Positions 52,761 to 64,000 of a stretch of DNA of 64,000 nucleotides are shown one piece after another. How positions within the stretch are numbered: position 1 is the stretch's first letter; the number at the start of each line of letters is the position of its first letter. Made by a program: the position numbers and the translations under genes. A model generated the notes under the pieces. That model was not told the origin of the DNA. It ran no database searches and saw only the letters and a list, made by a program, of their open reading frames with translations. Origin of the DNA: an uncultured delta proteobacterium. Lineage in GTDB: Bacteria > Desulfobacterota > Desulfuromonadia > Geobacterales > DSM-12255. The stretch covers positions 512,001-576,000 of the forward strand of contig CAWBBV010000007.1 in the NCBI GenBank assembly GCA_963787125.1, given 5' to 3'.

Positions 52761-53468
52761 CTAAGCCCCCTTGTGTATCTGGAGGACCCGGGCATTATAC
52801 TGGTCCACAAGAAGGGTTATTACTACTGAAATTGCCAGGTACACGACAGTTGCGGCCGTGAAGGCTTCAAAGCCTTTAAAAGTATAGCTTTCAACCTGCC
52901 GCGCCTGATAGGTAAGCTCCATGACGCCGATAGTCATGGCAAGCGAAGAATTCTTGGCCAGGTTTAGGAACTGGTTGACCAGAGGAGGAATGGTTATCCG
53001 CACCGCCTGGGGCAGAATGATGTACTGCATGGAGCGGAGGTAGGAAAACCCGCTGCTCATGGAAGCTTCCATCTGCTCCTTCGGAATGGAGAGCACGCCG
53101 GAGCGGATATCCTCGGCGATGAATGCTGAAGTATAAATGGTCAGGGCGATTAGTCCTGCGGCGAATTCGAAACCGGTGTTATTGAGCCATTCGTTGACCG
53201 CTGTCGGCAGGAGTTTGTAGGAACCGAAATACCAGAAAAAAATCTGTACCAGCAGCGGTGTATTTCTGGTGAACTCGAGAAAGACGCAGGCACTCCAGCG
53301 AAAAAGTTTCAGGTGACTCATTCGCATGACAGCGACAATCAGCCCCAGTAAAAAAGATAAGATTATACCGGCAAATGACAATTTGAGCGTCACAATCAGC
53401 CCGGAAACGAGCCAATCGTGATACTGCCCTGAGGTGACTACTGACCAGTCGAATTTGTATGAGAGCAC
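52761..53468 (-). CDS. Polar amino-acid ABC transporter permease
   Basis: RNTPLLVQ, EQMEAS, KNSSL. Confidence 0.93.
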   Translation of the reverse strand: MLSYKFDWSVVTSGQYHDWLVSGLIVTLKLSFAGIILSFLLGLIVAVMRMSHLKLFRWSACVFLEFTRNTPLLVQIFFWYFGSYKLLPTAVNEWLNNTGFEFAAGLIALTIYTSAFIAEDIRSGVLSIPKEQMEASMSSGFSYLRSMQYIILPQAVRITIPPLVNQFLNLAKNSSLAMTIGVMELTYQARQVESYTFKGFEAFTAATVVYLAISVVITLLVDQYNARVLQIHKGA

Positions 53469-53485
53469 AGGGAGAACCTTTTTAG

Positions 53486-53556
53486 AGTAGTCAGGAGGCA
53501 GTATTCAGGAGGCAGCAAAACAGCTTTTATACTGGATACTGCCCCCTGACTACTGA
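53486..53556. repeat. Palindromic heptanucleotide-repeat element in the ABC operon
   Basis: agtagtc-aggaggc-agtattc-aggaggc ... atactgg-atactgc-cccctga-ctactga. Confidence 0.7.
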
Positions 53557-53572
53557 CAACTTGATGCCGGTT

Positions 53573-54400
53573 TTACTTTTCGGCAGTTATTTTAAATGTT
53601 CGTTTTAGGGGTGTTTCAGATTTAGGTCCAAACCATTTGTCAAAAATCTTCTTTGCTTCGCCGGTTTTTTCCATTTCGAGGATAGTCTTGTTGACGAAAT
53701 CAACAAAATTCTTGTCACCTTTTCTCATCCCGAGACCATATGGTTCATCAGAAATCTGAATATTAGGTATTTCATATTTGCCCTTCAGATTTTTTGGCGT
53801 TTTGGCTATCAAGCCGGCAAGAATAGCTTCATCAGTGGTTACGGCTTGAACTTTACCCTGCTGAAGTGCCAGGTAGGCTTGCGGGTAGTCATCAAAGGAA
53901 AGAACTGTTGCAGTCGGGAGTGCCTTGGCAACGTTTTTCTCTGAAGTAGATCCTTTTGTCGTGCCGATTCTTTTACCTTCAAGGTCTTTTAGTGATTTAA
54001 CTGTTCCCTTTTTGGTGATGAACTTTTGGCCGGTGAAGAAGTAGGTATGGCTAAAATCTATTTGCATCGCCCGCTCAGGATTCATGGTCATGGTTGCAGC
54101 GATAATGTCAATGTTTCCTTCCTGAAGCTGCGGCATTCTGGTAGCAGATGTGACAGGTTTAAGTTCGACTTTTACGCCGAGTTTCTTGGCGATAGCGTTG
54201 ACGAAGTCTATGTCATATCCAATGATAGTTCTGGTTTTCTCGTCAATATAGCCGAACGGCGAGAGCGAATCTTTCACACCGGCAACCAGGACCCCTTTTT
54301 TCTTCACTTCGGCCAGGGTGTCTGCCGGTGGTGCTGCAAAGCTTTTTGCCGCCATTGTTACAGCTGCTGTCATCATAACGAGTGCCACGAGTTTTTTCAT
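53573..54400 (-). CDS. Polar amino-acid ABC substrate-binding protein
   Basis: Signal peptide, GYDIDF, R..LQEGNIDI, IDFS. Confidence 0.94.
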   Translation of the reverse strand: MKKLVALVMMTAAVTMAAKSFAAPPADTLAEVKKKGVLVAGVKDSLSPFGYIDEKTRTIIGYDIDFVNAIAKKLGVKVELKPVTSATRMPQLQEGNIDIIAATMTMNPERAMQIDFSHTYFFTGQKFITKKGTVKSLKDLEGKRIGTTKGSTSEKNVAKALPTATVLSFDDYPQAYLALQQGKVQAVTTDEAILAGLIAKTPKNLKGKYEIPNIQISDEPYGLGMRKGDKNFVDFVNKTILEMEKTGEAKKIFDKWFGPKSETPLKRTFKITAEK

Positions 54401-54459
54401 TTTTCTTACCTCCAGTGAAAGTGAACAGGTGAGCAGATTGCCCACCATGTTAAAAACCG

Positions 54460-55209
54460 TTAGCTGCAGAGAGCTCCGTGCATCGGTGTCAGAAGCTGGT
54501 TCAGGAACTGTTTGGCGCGATCATGCTTGGGATTGCAAAAGAAATCTTCCGGCGGCGCTTCTTCGATGATAGTGCCGGCATCCATGAAAACGACTCTATG
54601 AGCCACTTCCCGGGCAAAGCCCATTTCGTGGGTAACCACAACCATTGTCATGCCGCTTTTGGCGAGATCCTGCATAACTGCGAGAACTTCGCCAATCATT
54701 TCCGGGTCAAGCGCAGAAGTCGGCTCGTCAAAAAGCATAATGCGAGGCTTCATGGCAAGCCCCCGTGCTATGGCAACCCGCTGCTGCTGGCCGCCTGACA
54801 GCTGCGCCGGGTAGGCGTCACGTTTTTCCGCGAGTCCGACCCGGGTAAGGAGCTGCATTGCCTGCTCTTCAGCATCCTTTTTCGACAAGTTGCGCAATTT
54901 TATCGGTGCAAGGGTGATATTGCTGATTACCGAGAGATGGGGATAGAGGTTGAACTGCTGGAAGACAAAGCCGATCTCTGCCCGGAGTTTGTTAATGTCG
55001 GTACTTTTATCAGAAAGGTTTTTACCGTCAACTATGAGAGTTCCCTTGTCAATCGGCTCCAGCTGGTTGATTGTCCTGATCAGGGTCGATTTGCCCGAAC
55101 CTGACGGGCCGCAGACGACGACAACTTCACCCTGCTTGACATGGAGGTTAATGTTGTTGAGTACATGGAGGGTAGTGAACCACTTGTCTACGTTGGTGAA
55201 ATGAATCAT
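54460..55209 (-). CDS. Polar amino-acid ABC ATPase (GlnQ-like)
   Basis: [33 protein letters not shown]. Confidence 0.96.
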   Translation of the reverse strand: MIHFTNVDKWFTTLHVLNNINLHVKQGEVVVVCGPSGSGKSTLIRTINQLEPIDKGTLIVDGKNLSDKSTDINKLRAEIGFVFQQFNLYPHLSVISNITLAPIKLRNLSKKDAEEQAMQLLTRVGLAEKRDAYPAQLSGGQQQRVAIARGLAMKPRIMLFDEPTSALDPEMIGEVLAVMQDLAKSGMTMVVVTHEMGFAREVAHRVVFMDAGTIIEEAPPEDFFCNPKHDRAKQFLNQLLTPMHGALCS

Positions 55210-55363
55210 TGCGGCTCCCGAAGCTGTCGATGCAAATTATTATGGTAACCTTACATATGTTTTATACACTAAAACATGTTGTCTGAAAAGAAAACTGAAA
55301 AAAGTAATTCATGGACAGTCATACCGGCATCGGCTAATATTTCAAATCTCTCGTTGGTTATCA

Positions 55364-56224
55364 ATGGATTATTTAATGGAAAAAGTAACATTGCCTGCGA
55401 AAGGGCAGCTGTATTCCCCCTGTGACGCAGAAATCATCTCTGTAATTGACCTTACCCCTGACGAAAAACTTTTTTCGCTGAGGATGATAGATGGTACGGA
55501 GTTGAAGCATCTCCCCGGCCAGTTTGTCCAAATCTCCATTCCCGGCTTCACCGAAGCCCCTATCTCAGTCGCATCCTCTCCCACCCGTAAAGGTTGTTTT
55601 GATCTGGCGATCCGCCGGGCCGGAACCTTGACTGCCGAAATGCATCGAAAGGTTCCGGGCAACGCTGTCGGCATCAGAGGGCCATTTGGCTCCTCCTTCC
55701 CTGTTGACGAGCTGGCCGGGATGGATCTGTTGCTTGTCTCCGGTGGCTGCGGCCTGGCACCGATGCGCTCCCTGATTCAGTACTGCGCCGATCATCCGGA
55801 GAAGTTCGGCAAAGTGCAAATCCTCTATGGCGCGAGGAGCACTGATCATCTCCTTTTTAAGGGGGATCTGGCAGAATGGAGCGCCTCCCCCGGGTTTTCA
55901 TGCGGCATCACCGTTGACAGCGCCCCGTCTTCTGCCTGTTATGAGGGGGCGACAGGTTTTGTCCAGACCCTGATCCCGCCCCTTGAGATCGATCCAGGGC
56001 GAACAGCGGCGGCTGTTGTCGGCCCGCCCGTCATGTACCGTGGAGTTATTGATGCGCTATTGGCAAAGGGTGTAGCTGCCGAGCGGGTCTACATCTCCCT
56101 TGAGCGGAACATGCGCTGCGGAGTGGGTAAATGCGGCCACTGCGCCATCGACCATCTCTACTGCTGCACTGATGGACCGGTTTTCCGCTTGGATCGGGTG
56201 ATAGGTTTGCAGGGGGCGATATGA
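55364..56224 (+). CDS. FAD/NAD(P)-binding 2Fe-2S oxidoreductase (AsrB / sulfhydrogenase gamma-like)
   Basis: PGQF, RGPFG, GGCGLAP, ERNMRCGVGKCGHC...CTDGPVF. Confidence 0.9.
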   Translation: MDYLMEKVTLPAKGQLYSPCDAEIISVIDLTPDEKLFSLRMIDGTELKHLPGQFVQISIPGFTEAPISVASSPTRKGCFDLAIRRAGTLTAEMHRKVPGNAVGIRGPFGSSFPVDELAGMDLLLVSGGCGLAPMRSLIQYCADHPEKFGKVQILYGARSTDHLLFKGDLAEWSASPGFSCGITVDSAPSSACYEGATGFVQTLIPPLEIDPGRTAAAVVGPPVMYRGVIDALLAKGVAAERVYISLERNMRCGVGKCGHCAIDHLYCCTDGPVFRLDRVIGLQGAI

Positions 56225-56250
56225 AAGGGGGGGCAGGTGACGCAAGCGAG

Positions 56251-57900
56251 CTAAATCAAACTTTCTATTTTACTCTGCTTGCCCCTTAACAGCTTGATCC
56301 GGTCACTGAGTCGGGCAATTTCAGAAAGGTAGTCACTTGGAATTGCCTGTAATGCCAGTTCATATTGCTGAATAGCTTCCTCACTTCTGCCGAGCATATC
56401 CAGCGTACTGCCATAATTATTCAGAAGTGCGAACTTATCAGGCTGCATTGTCACCGTCCGTTCAATGTACGCTTCAGGTTGCATTGCCACGGTTCGTGCA
56501 AAGTATGGCAGGGCTTCTTCATAGCGTTCTGCTTGAAAATAAAAAGTTCCAATCTTACTGAGGGCAGCAATATCATTGGGCGACAGCTTAGTGACTATTA
56601 GCCATTCACTTAGAGCGGCTGTCATATTGTGCCCTTTTTCATAGACCTCACCAAGATTATAGTGAGGGTTCACGGAGTCGGGATAAACCTTTGTGGCAGA
56701 CTGAAAGAGGGTAATATCGTTATACCAGTCGCTGCTACGAACAATCGTGCGAGCCATTAGAAGTGCAAATATGATGCATACAATGACGCTGCCCGTAACA
56801 AATCTTTTGCGTATCAGTACAATGCCGAGGCCCGACGCAATTAGAGAAACCCCGGCGAAGGGGCCATAGAGATGCCGCTCTGCCATTGGGGCACCGGGAA
56901 CTGCCCAAAATCCCAAAACTGGAACCAGTAAGCAAACGGCCCAGAATAAGCCGAACTTTATTGTTTTTCCGCCATAACGTATGATCGCAATTATTCCTGT
57001 TGTCAGCACGAACCAAACGGTGACAAGTAGGGGAGCCAATTCTCGCAGGTTCACTGGAACTTGATGCCAGATAGTAAGTTTAGCCGGCCATGTAACTAGA
57101 AGAAGATAGCGGGGAATGATGTAAATGTTTTTTATGATTCTTGACGACATTCCAGCTATTGACAGGGAGGGGATATTTTCTAAAGCCATTGCATTGTCGC
57201 GTAGAAGCCAATATCCAACCAATGCAGTAAGTAAAGGCAGGACGCTCAGCGCCAAGTTTTTGAACGGGTATTTTTCTGTATAACAGTAGCCGACGATTAG
57301 CGGTAGCACCATGACTGCCATTTCCTTTGACAGGGCAGCAAAAAGGAAAAGAGATGCAGACAATAAAAACCAGCGATACCGGTTTGTCTTAATGCCACGC
57401 TGGAATGCAAGCATAGTAGCCAACATGAAAAAGAACGAGAGGAGAGTGTTCCTTGCAAATATTGCAAAAACTGGTTCGGAAATTCCCGGATGAATTGCAA
57501 ATAACAAGGCTGCAAGTAGTGCTGGCAACACTTCACGGAAGAGAGAACGGGCAACAAGGAAAAGAAGCAGCACGTTTGCAAGGTGTAATAGAAGGTTTTC
57601 AGCATGGAAGCACCAGGCATGCAAGTCGAATAGCTGGCGGTCAATAACGTACGTGGCCCGCGCCAGAGGCCTGTAAAATGGGGCTTTAGGCCAGCCGCTA
57701 ATGCTATCTGTAAGTACAAACAGCTGGGGCAGGTTGCGCAGGTCACTGTTAAGGGGGTATTTTTCCACGACGTCATGATCATCCCAGACAAAGCCATTGC
57801 GGAGAGAGCCGGAATAAACTGCTGTAGTTGCAATAACAAGGATTAGTAATGCCATGAAGAGGCGTCTGCTCAAGTAAGTTTCGCAGGTATTATAATCCAT
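56251..57900 (-). CDS. TMTC-like GT-C membrane glycosyltransferase with C-terminal TPRs
   Basis: NGFVWDD, FYRPL, FAIHP..SEPV, LSKE, MAERHLY, TPR tail; AAGGAG RBS. Confidence 0.82.
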   Translation of the reverse strand: MDYNTCETYLSRRLFMALLILVIATTAVYSGSLRNGFVWDDHDVVEKYPLNSDLRNLPQLFVLTDSISGWPKAPFYRPLARATYVIDRQLFDLHAWCFHAENLLLHLANVLLLFLVARSLFREVLPALLAALLFAIHPGISEPVFAIFARNTLLSFFFMLATMLAFQRGIKTNRYRWFLLSASLFLFAALSKEMAVMVLPLIVGYCYTEKYPFKNLALSVLPLLTALVGYWLLRDNAMALENIPSLSIAGMSSRIIKNIYIIPRYLLLVTWPAKLTIWHQVPVNLRELAPLLVTVWFVLTTGIIAIIRYGGKTIKFGLFWAVCLLVPVLGFWAVPGAPMAERHLYGPFAGVSLIASGLGIVLIRKRFVTGSVIVCIIFALLMARTIVRSSDWYNDITLFQSATKVYPDSVNPHYNLGEVYEKGHNMTAALSEWLIVTKLSPNDIAALSKIGTFYFQAERYEEALPYFARTVAMQPEAYIERTVTMQPDKFALLNNYGSTLDMLGRSEEAIQQYELALQAIPSDYLSEIARLSDRIKLLRGKQSKIESLI

Positions 57901-58131
57901 CTCAATGACTCCTTTCTAATTATCCACCCGTCACCGTTTCTTCTGAATCGAATATGACTCTATTGATGAGAAAATAGAACTCTATACATATTTTTTCAGG
58001 AAACATACCACCACGGACAGGGCACAGTCAAAGGGATCTACGAACTACAGGTGCGATCACTGGGGACATCCATACCTAAAAGTTTCCCTATCAAAGCCAC
58101 ACCTCCAGAAGCAATCATCCATAAATTGCGC

Positions 58132-58160
58132 TTGTAACTTGTTAGGTTACAGCCTACACT
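58132..58160 (+). promoter_or_regulatory. higBA promoter with palindromic operator
   Basis: TTGTAA-17-TACACT overlapping TGTAAC-N7-GTTACA; higB ATG 7 nt after the -10 box. Confidence 0.65.
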
Positions 58161-58166
58161 GTTTTC

Positions 58167-58445
58167 ATGATAAAAAGCTTTCGCCATAAAGGGATTCAGG
58201 GATTCTTTGAGACCGGTTCAAAAGCCGGAATTCAGGCGAGTCATGCTGCCCGGCTCCGCGTTCAGCTCACCCGGCTTGATGATGCAATCACTCCTCAGGA
58301 TATGAATGCGCCTGGATGGCGACTGCATCAGCTAACAGGTAAGCTGGCCGGTCACTGGTCGGTTACAGTGAATGGTAACTGGCGGTTGACCTTTATGTTC
58401 GAGGGTGAAGACGCAGTTCTGGTTGATTATCAGGATTACCATTGA
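58167..58445 (+). CDS. higB: HigB-type toxin (RelE/ParE superfamily)
   Basis: MIKSFRHKG, LHQLTG, WSVTVNGNWRLTF, DYH C-terminus. Confidence 0.93.
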   Translation: MIKSFRHKGIQGFFETGSKAGIQASHAARLRVQLTRLDDAITPQDMNAPGWRLHQLTGKLAGHWSVTVNGNWRLTFMFEGEDAVLVDYQDYH

Positions 58446-58457
58446 AAGGAGTAGCGT

Positions 58458-58748
58458 ATGGCAAGAATGTGTAATCCGGCTCATCCCGGAGAAGTGTTAC
58501 GAGAGTTTCTTCCAGCCGACATGACCGTTGGAGAGGTGGCGGCCCGCCTTGGCGTGTCACGCCCGCACCTGTCCCGGCTCCTGAATGGTCATGCTTCTAT
58601 GACGGCTGACATGGCCATCAGGGTAGGTCTTTTAACCGGCACTTCGCCTGAGTCATGGCTGTCAAATCAGCTGAAGTGGGATTTGTGGCACTGTATGCAA
58701 AAGAAACGCCCCACGATTGAGCCGCTTCCAATGGCGAAAGCGGCGTAG
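58458..58748 (+). CDS. higA: HigA antitoxin (Xre HTH)
   Basis: PAHPGEVLRE, LGVSR..LSRLLNG, SPESWL..Q. Confidence 0.93.
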   Translation: MARMCNPAHPGEVLREFLPADMTVGEVAARLGVSRPHLSRLLNGHASMTADMAIRVGLLTGTSPESWLSNQLKWDLWHCMQKKRPTIEPLPMAKAA

Positions 58749-58760
58749 AAAGGTAGTCCT

Positions 58761-60790
<2,030 letters not shown>

Positions 60791-60794
<4 letters not shown>

Positions 60795-61765
60795 AGATCC
60801 TTGATTCATCCGGCCTGGCAGCTTTTCTTGCCACGGTTGCCAAGGAGTTCAACCTGATCCTGCCGGTGATAGCTGCCGGCGGATGCAGGATATTCGGCAC
60901 TCTGCAGACAGGAACCGCAGCGCTGCGAGGCGGCGCGCTCCCTGCCAAGCCGACAGCCAGCTTCTTCCCCCAGGAGGAGGAGATTTACAGGGAAGGCGCC
61001 GCCGTCGCTGAACGCCCCACGAAAAAAGGGCTTTTCATCGGCTTTACCCCCAAGGATCTTCTCTGTCTGAAATTCACCGACCGTTTCTTTGGCGACGGTT
61101 TTCGTGATGACATCTACTTCGCCAGGCGCGAAGGGGCCATCATCGCTGCCGTGTCAGGATATACGGGATGTGACGGCGCCTTTCTCCCCCCGGCTCTTGG
61201 TGATTGCGACCTGGAATTTATCTTTGATGGCACAAACTGGATCATAAACCCGTACAGCGAGGCAGGACGGGCGGTTGCAGCCCTTACCCCTTGCGATGCG
61301 CCGAATGACGCCCTGTCAGAGGTGCTGGCAAAAGCAGCGGCTTATGTGGATGACGAGGCAGCCATTGTCAAGAGAGCCTCCCAACTTCTCATGGCTAATC
61401 TCGTTCCCGACAGCTTCTGGGAGGAGATTGCCGCCTCCTGCATCCTCTGCACCGGCTGCAATCTCGTCTGCCCCACCTGCACCTGCTTCGGTGTCAGGGA
61501 CTGGCGCGACGAAACCGGGTTTTCAAGGAGCCGGATGTGGGACTCATGCCAGTTGGACGGCTTTGCTCGTGAGGCCGGTGGCCACAACCCTCTTGGGACG
61601 GAGGCGCTCCGCACCCGCCGCCGCATTCATCACAAGCTGGCGGCCGACCTGACGAAATGGGGCGAGACAGGCTGTTTCACCTGCGGCAGGTGCGACGCTG
61701 TCTGCCCGACCGGGATCGGGATTGTGGCGGTGGCGCGGAAGATGGTGGCGAGGTTTGGTAGGTGA
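60791..61765 (+). CDS. 4Fe-4S protein (AsrA / sulfhydrogenase beta-like)
   Basis: CILCTGCNLVCPTCTCF, WDSC, HK, GCFTCGRCDAVCP; ATGA-coupled to fdhF. Confidence 0.88.
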
Positions 61766-61938
61766 CACATCCGCGCTTTGTGAAATGCAGAGTCACTGAG
61801 ATGAATCGGTATCCTGCTTATCACGGTTTCATTCAGGCATTCCGAGTAAGGATGAATGTATGAGCTGGAGTAGTTTCAAGAAGTTTGATATATCTTCAGT
61901 ATCTTGGAACCTTACACCGATTAAAGGGAGGCATAATC

Positions 61939-62244
61939 ATGCCCCGTATTCATCCTGTATCCGATCTCAAAAACAACTTGAATCATCTTTCAGAAATATG
62001 CCGTAAAGAGCATGAGCCGGTTTATCTCACTCGCAAGGGGCACGGCGAGCTTGTTCTTATTGGCATGGAAGAATATGAACAGATGGTGGCAAAGCTGAAA
62101 GCCGTCGAAGAGGAAGATGCCGAGATTGAAGCCCTGTGGGTTGCCGAGATTCAGGAGCGGTATCAAACAATAAAGGAAGGGACTGTCACCTGCATACCAG
62201 CTGATGAAGCAATGAGACAGGCGCGTGAACGGCTCAGACGATGA
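61939..62244 (+). CDS. Antitoxin: Phd/YefM N-domain fused to an addiction-module-like C-domain
   Basis: PVSDLKNN...EPVYLTRKG...EEYE then EIEALWVAEIQERY...G...IPADE. Confidence 0.8.
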   Translation: MPRIHPVSDLKNNLNHLSEICRKEHEPVYLTRKGHGELVLIGMEEYEQMVAKLKAVEEEDAEIEALWVAEIQERYQTIKEGTVTCIPADEAMRQARERLRR

Positions 62245-62549
62245 AGCCGGTCGAATATCACCCCTCAGCGCTTGAAGAACTTATTCAGACAGCGGAATAT
62301 TACGAATCGAAGGTTGTCGGGCTTGGGCAGCGTTTTCTTGATGAGATTGAACTTTGCGTGGTCGATATGGCAGAAGCGCCGGAACGCTGGCCATATTTCC
62401 TTCTGAACACCAGGAGACGCCTGCTGGACCGCTTTCCGTATATGCTCGTTTATCTGGACGAAATAGATCGGATATACATCCTGGCGACCATGCATCAGAA
62501 GCGCAGACCGGGATACTGGAAGAAGCGATTGAACCAGGGAGAAATGTGA
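62241..62549 (+). CDS. ParE/RelE-family toxin
   Basis: YHPSALEEL...YYE...GLGQRF, RFPYMLVY, HQKRRPGYW. Confidence 0.9.
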   Translation: MKPVEYHPSALEELIQTAEYYESKVVGLGQRFLDEIELCVVDMAEAPERWPYFLLNTRRRLLDRFPYMLVYLDEIDRIYILATMHQKRRPGYWKKRLNQGEM

Positions 62550-62559
62550 TTTCGAGATG

Positions 62560-62602
62560 AAGCCGCTCAGGTCAGCATGGTGCTGATAGGGCGGCTTTTT
62601 TA
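62560..62602 (+). terminator. Intrinsic terminator after the TA pair
   Basis: aagccgc(t)c ... gggcggc followed by T run. Confidence 0.65.
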
Positions 62603-63113
62603 TGCCTGTGAATAGTTTACGACATATTGCATGCTGCGCCACGTTAGACCGTGGCCTCTGGCAGAAGGGATAATCGCCCTACCGGTGTTGTGTTTGGCTT
62701 CGTCGGATTGGTTGCCATGACCGGCGAGGGGGTTGAGTGGTCAAATTTGAGATTTGGAGACTTGACCCTCAGCGGCTTCTGTTGTTTTATGCTGATTGTG
62801 ATCCTGAAATTCGCCACGCTGCAGGTGGCGAATTGGAAACCGATAAAGAACGCCATAACAAAGGTGGCTTTTGGATGATATGGCACAGGCAGTTGAGACT
62901 GTAGATGCTGTCATGGGTTTTTCGCTATCTCCTCATTCGCGACCATGCTTAATTATCCGATAATCATCTGATGGTTTTCCGTAATAATCCGATTTTAAAA
63001 TATCGGACCGGGGAAAAAATTGGTGGAGAAATCATTCTCAAACCTTTTTATCAGGCATATTCCGCGCGCTTCCCAATTGCACGCCCAAGGGGTGCTGAAT
63101 TGGCAACTGCTGA

Positions 63114-63225
63114 CGAAACGAGGATGAAACCGTCTGGCTGACACAAAAGCTTATGGAGGTGCTGTTCGAGGTAGATGTGCGCACACTCAATGAGCCCTTC
63201 AAAAAATATGCTTGAAAATGGTGAA
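63114..63225 (+). pseudogene. Degenerate fragment of a RhuM-family (virulence/DNA-binding) gene
   Basis: Reads RNEDETVWLTQKLMEVLFEVDVRTLNEPFK, then shifted frame NMLENGE; matches my recollection of the RhuM N-terminal motif; no start codon. Confidence 0.65.
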
Positions 63226-63242
63226 AACCAACGAGGTGAAAA

Positions 63243-64000
63243 ATGAAAAAAACTGCTTTTGTAGCGCTATGTCTGGTTCTCGTTTCTGTTGCGTCGGCTG
63301 TTCAAGCAGGGCAGATCATCGCCGAATCGCGGATCTCGGAAGTAACTGTTTTCAACGACCGGGCGATGGTGAAGCGAGCCGCGACGGTGAAGCTCGAAAA
63401 GGGGGAGAATGTTGTTGTCTTCGAAGGTCTCCCTCTGCAGGTATCCGAAGATACCTTGCGGGCAGAGGGGAAGGGGACGACGGTCGCTAGGATAGAGGGG
63501 CTTGCCATCAGAACCGTCTTCCTGGAAAACAGCAGTGAAAAGCGGATCCGGGATATTGAGGGGGAGATTCAGACCCTGGAGCGATCAGTAAAGAGGATCG
63601 ATGCGCGCCGCACTTCGCTCACCGCCCAGAAGGCGTTCGTCGATTCCATCAAGCTTGGCTGGGGAGAGCGGATCTCAAGGGATCTTGCCCTTGGCAAGCC
63701 GTCATCAACCGAGCTTGGTGAGGCGAGCCGTTTTGTCGGCGAATCAATGCTGAAGGTTGAGGAGGGACTTTTTGACGCAGAGGCTGAGAAAAAGCCTATT
63801 CTAGACAGGATTGCAGCCCTCAGAAAACAGCTTGCCGACATCAGTCGCAGTGGCAGAAAAGAGGTGCGCAGCGCCGAAGTGACCATCGATGCAGCCACAG
63901 CCATGAAGCTGGATCTGGAGCTCTCCTACCTTGTCAGCCAGGCCAGATGGGAGCCGACCTATGATATCCGCCTTAGCGCCGACGGCAAGAGCGCCGAGCT
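63243..64000 (+). CDS. DUF4140/DUF4139 (MuiA-like) exported protein, 3'-truncated by window
   Basis: GAGG RBS, signal peptide MKKTAFVALC, SRISEVTVFNDRAMV, coiled coil, LSYLVSQARWEPTYDIRL; absent from the ORF track because it has no stop. Confidence 0.85.
   Translation, partial: MKKTAFVALCLVLVSVASAVQAGQIIAESRISEVTVFNDRAMVKRAATVKLEKGENVVVFEGLPLQVSEDTLRAEGKGTTVARIEGLAIRTVFLENSSEKRIRDIEGEIQTLERSVKRIDARRTSLTAQKAFVDSIKLGWGERISRDLALGKPSSTELGEASRFVGESMLKVEEGLFDAEAEKKPILDRIAALRKQLADISRSGRKEVRSAEVTIDAATAMKLDLELSYLVSQARWEPTYDIRLSADGKSAE

Noticed and set aside
58062..58077. ggggacatccatacct as a possible transposon-end remnant
   Set aside because: Single short copy with no partner end or transposase in the window
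62643..62860. Integron cassette on the minus strand (GTTATGG ... GTCTAAC)
   Set aside because: No matching attC stem or closing core downstream; such short motifs occur by chance
63060..63240. Riboswitch (GEMM/c-di-GMP) in the DUF4139 leader
   Set aside because: No GEMM consensus recognised; better explained as a rhuM coding remnant

Overview
Chromosomal window from a Geobacteraceae-like deltaproteobacterium (inferred from gene order and content). The backbone has three parts: (i) two-component system, metK, ompA, then ptsI-ptsH-IIA-rapZ-hprK-hpf-rpoN-lptBAC-kdsCDA-pyrG-kdsB; (ii) an oxygen-respiration super-locus with Rieske, cytochrome b, a pentaheme cytochrome c, sco-coxA-coxC-coxD-coxB-ctaB, a c6-like cytochrome, and convergent rrf2-cydAB; (iii) a long minus-strand run with comEC, a Hypr-type (probable cyclic AMP-GMP) GGDEF enzyme, hisS, a sigma54 two-component system and an L,D-transpeptidase, followed by a polar amino-acid ABC transporter. 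Accessory content includes three TMTC-like GT-C/TPR paralogues, a secreted collagen/beta-helix protein and three type II toxin-antitoxin pairs (one inside the cox operon, two bracketing a formate dehydrogenase locus). It also includes an IS630 inserted at the cydB stop codon, several structured non-coding repeats, a rhuM remnant and a truncated DUF4140/DUF4139 gene. rpoN and cytochrome b each carry a single-base frameshift, probably an assembly error. No rRNA, tRNA or CRISPR array was seen. All calls come from reading motifs by eye; no searches were run.
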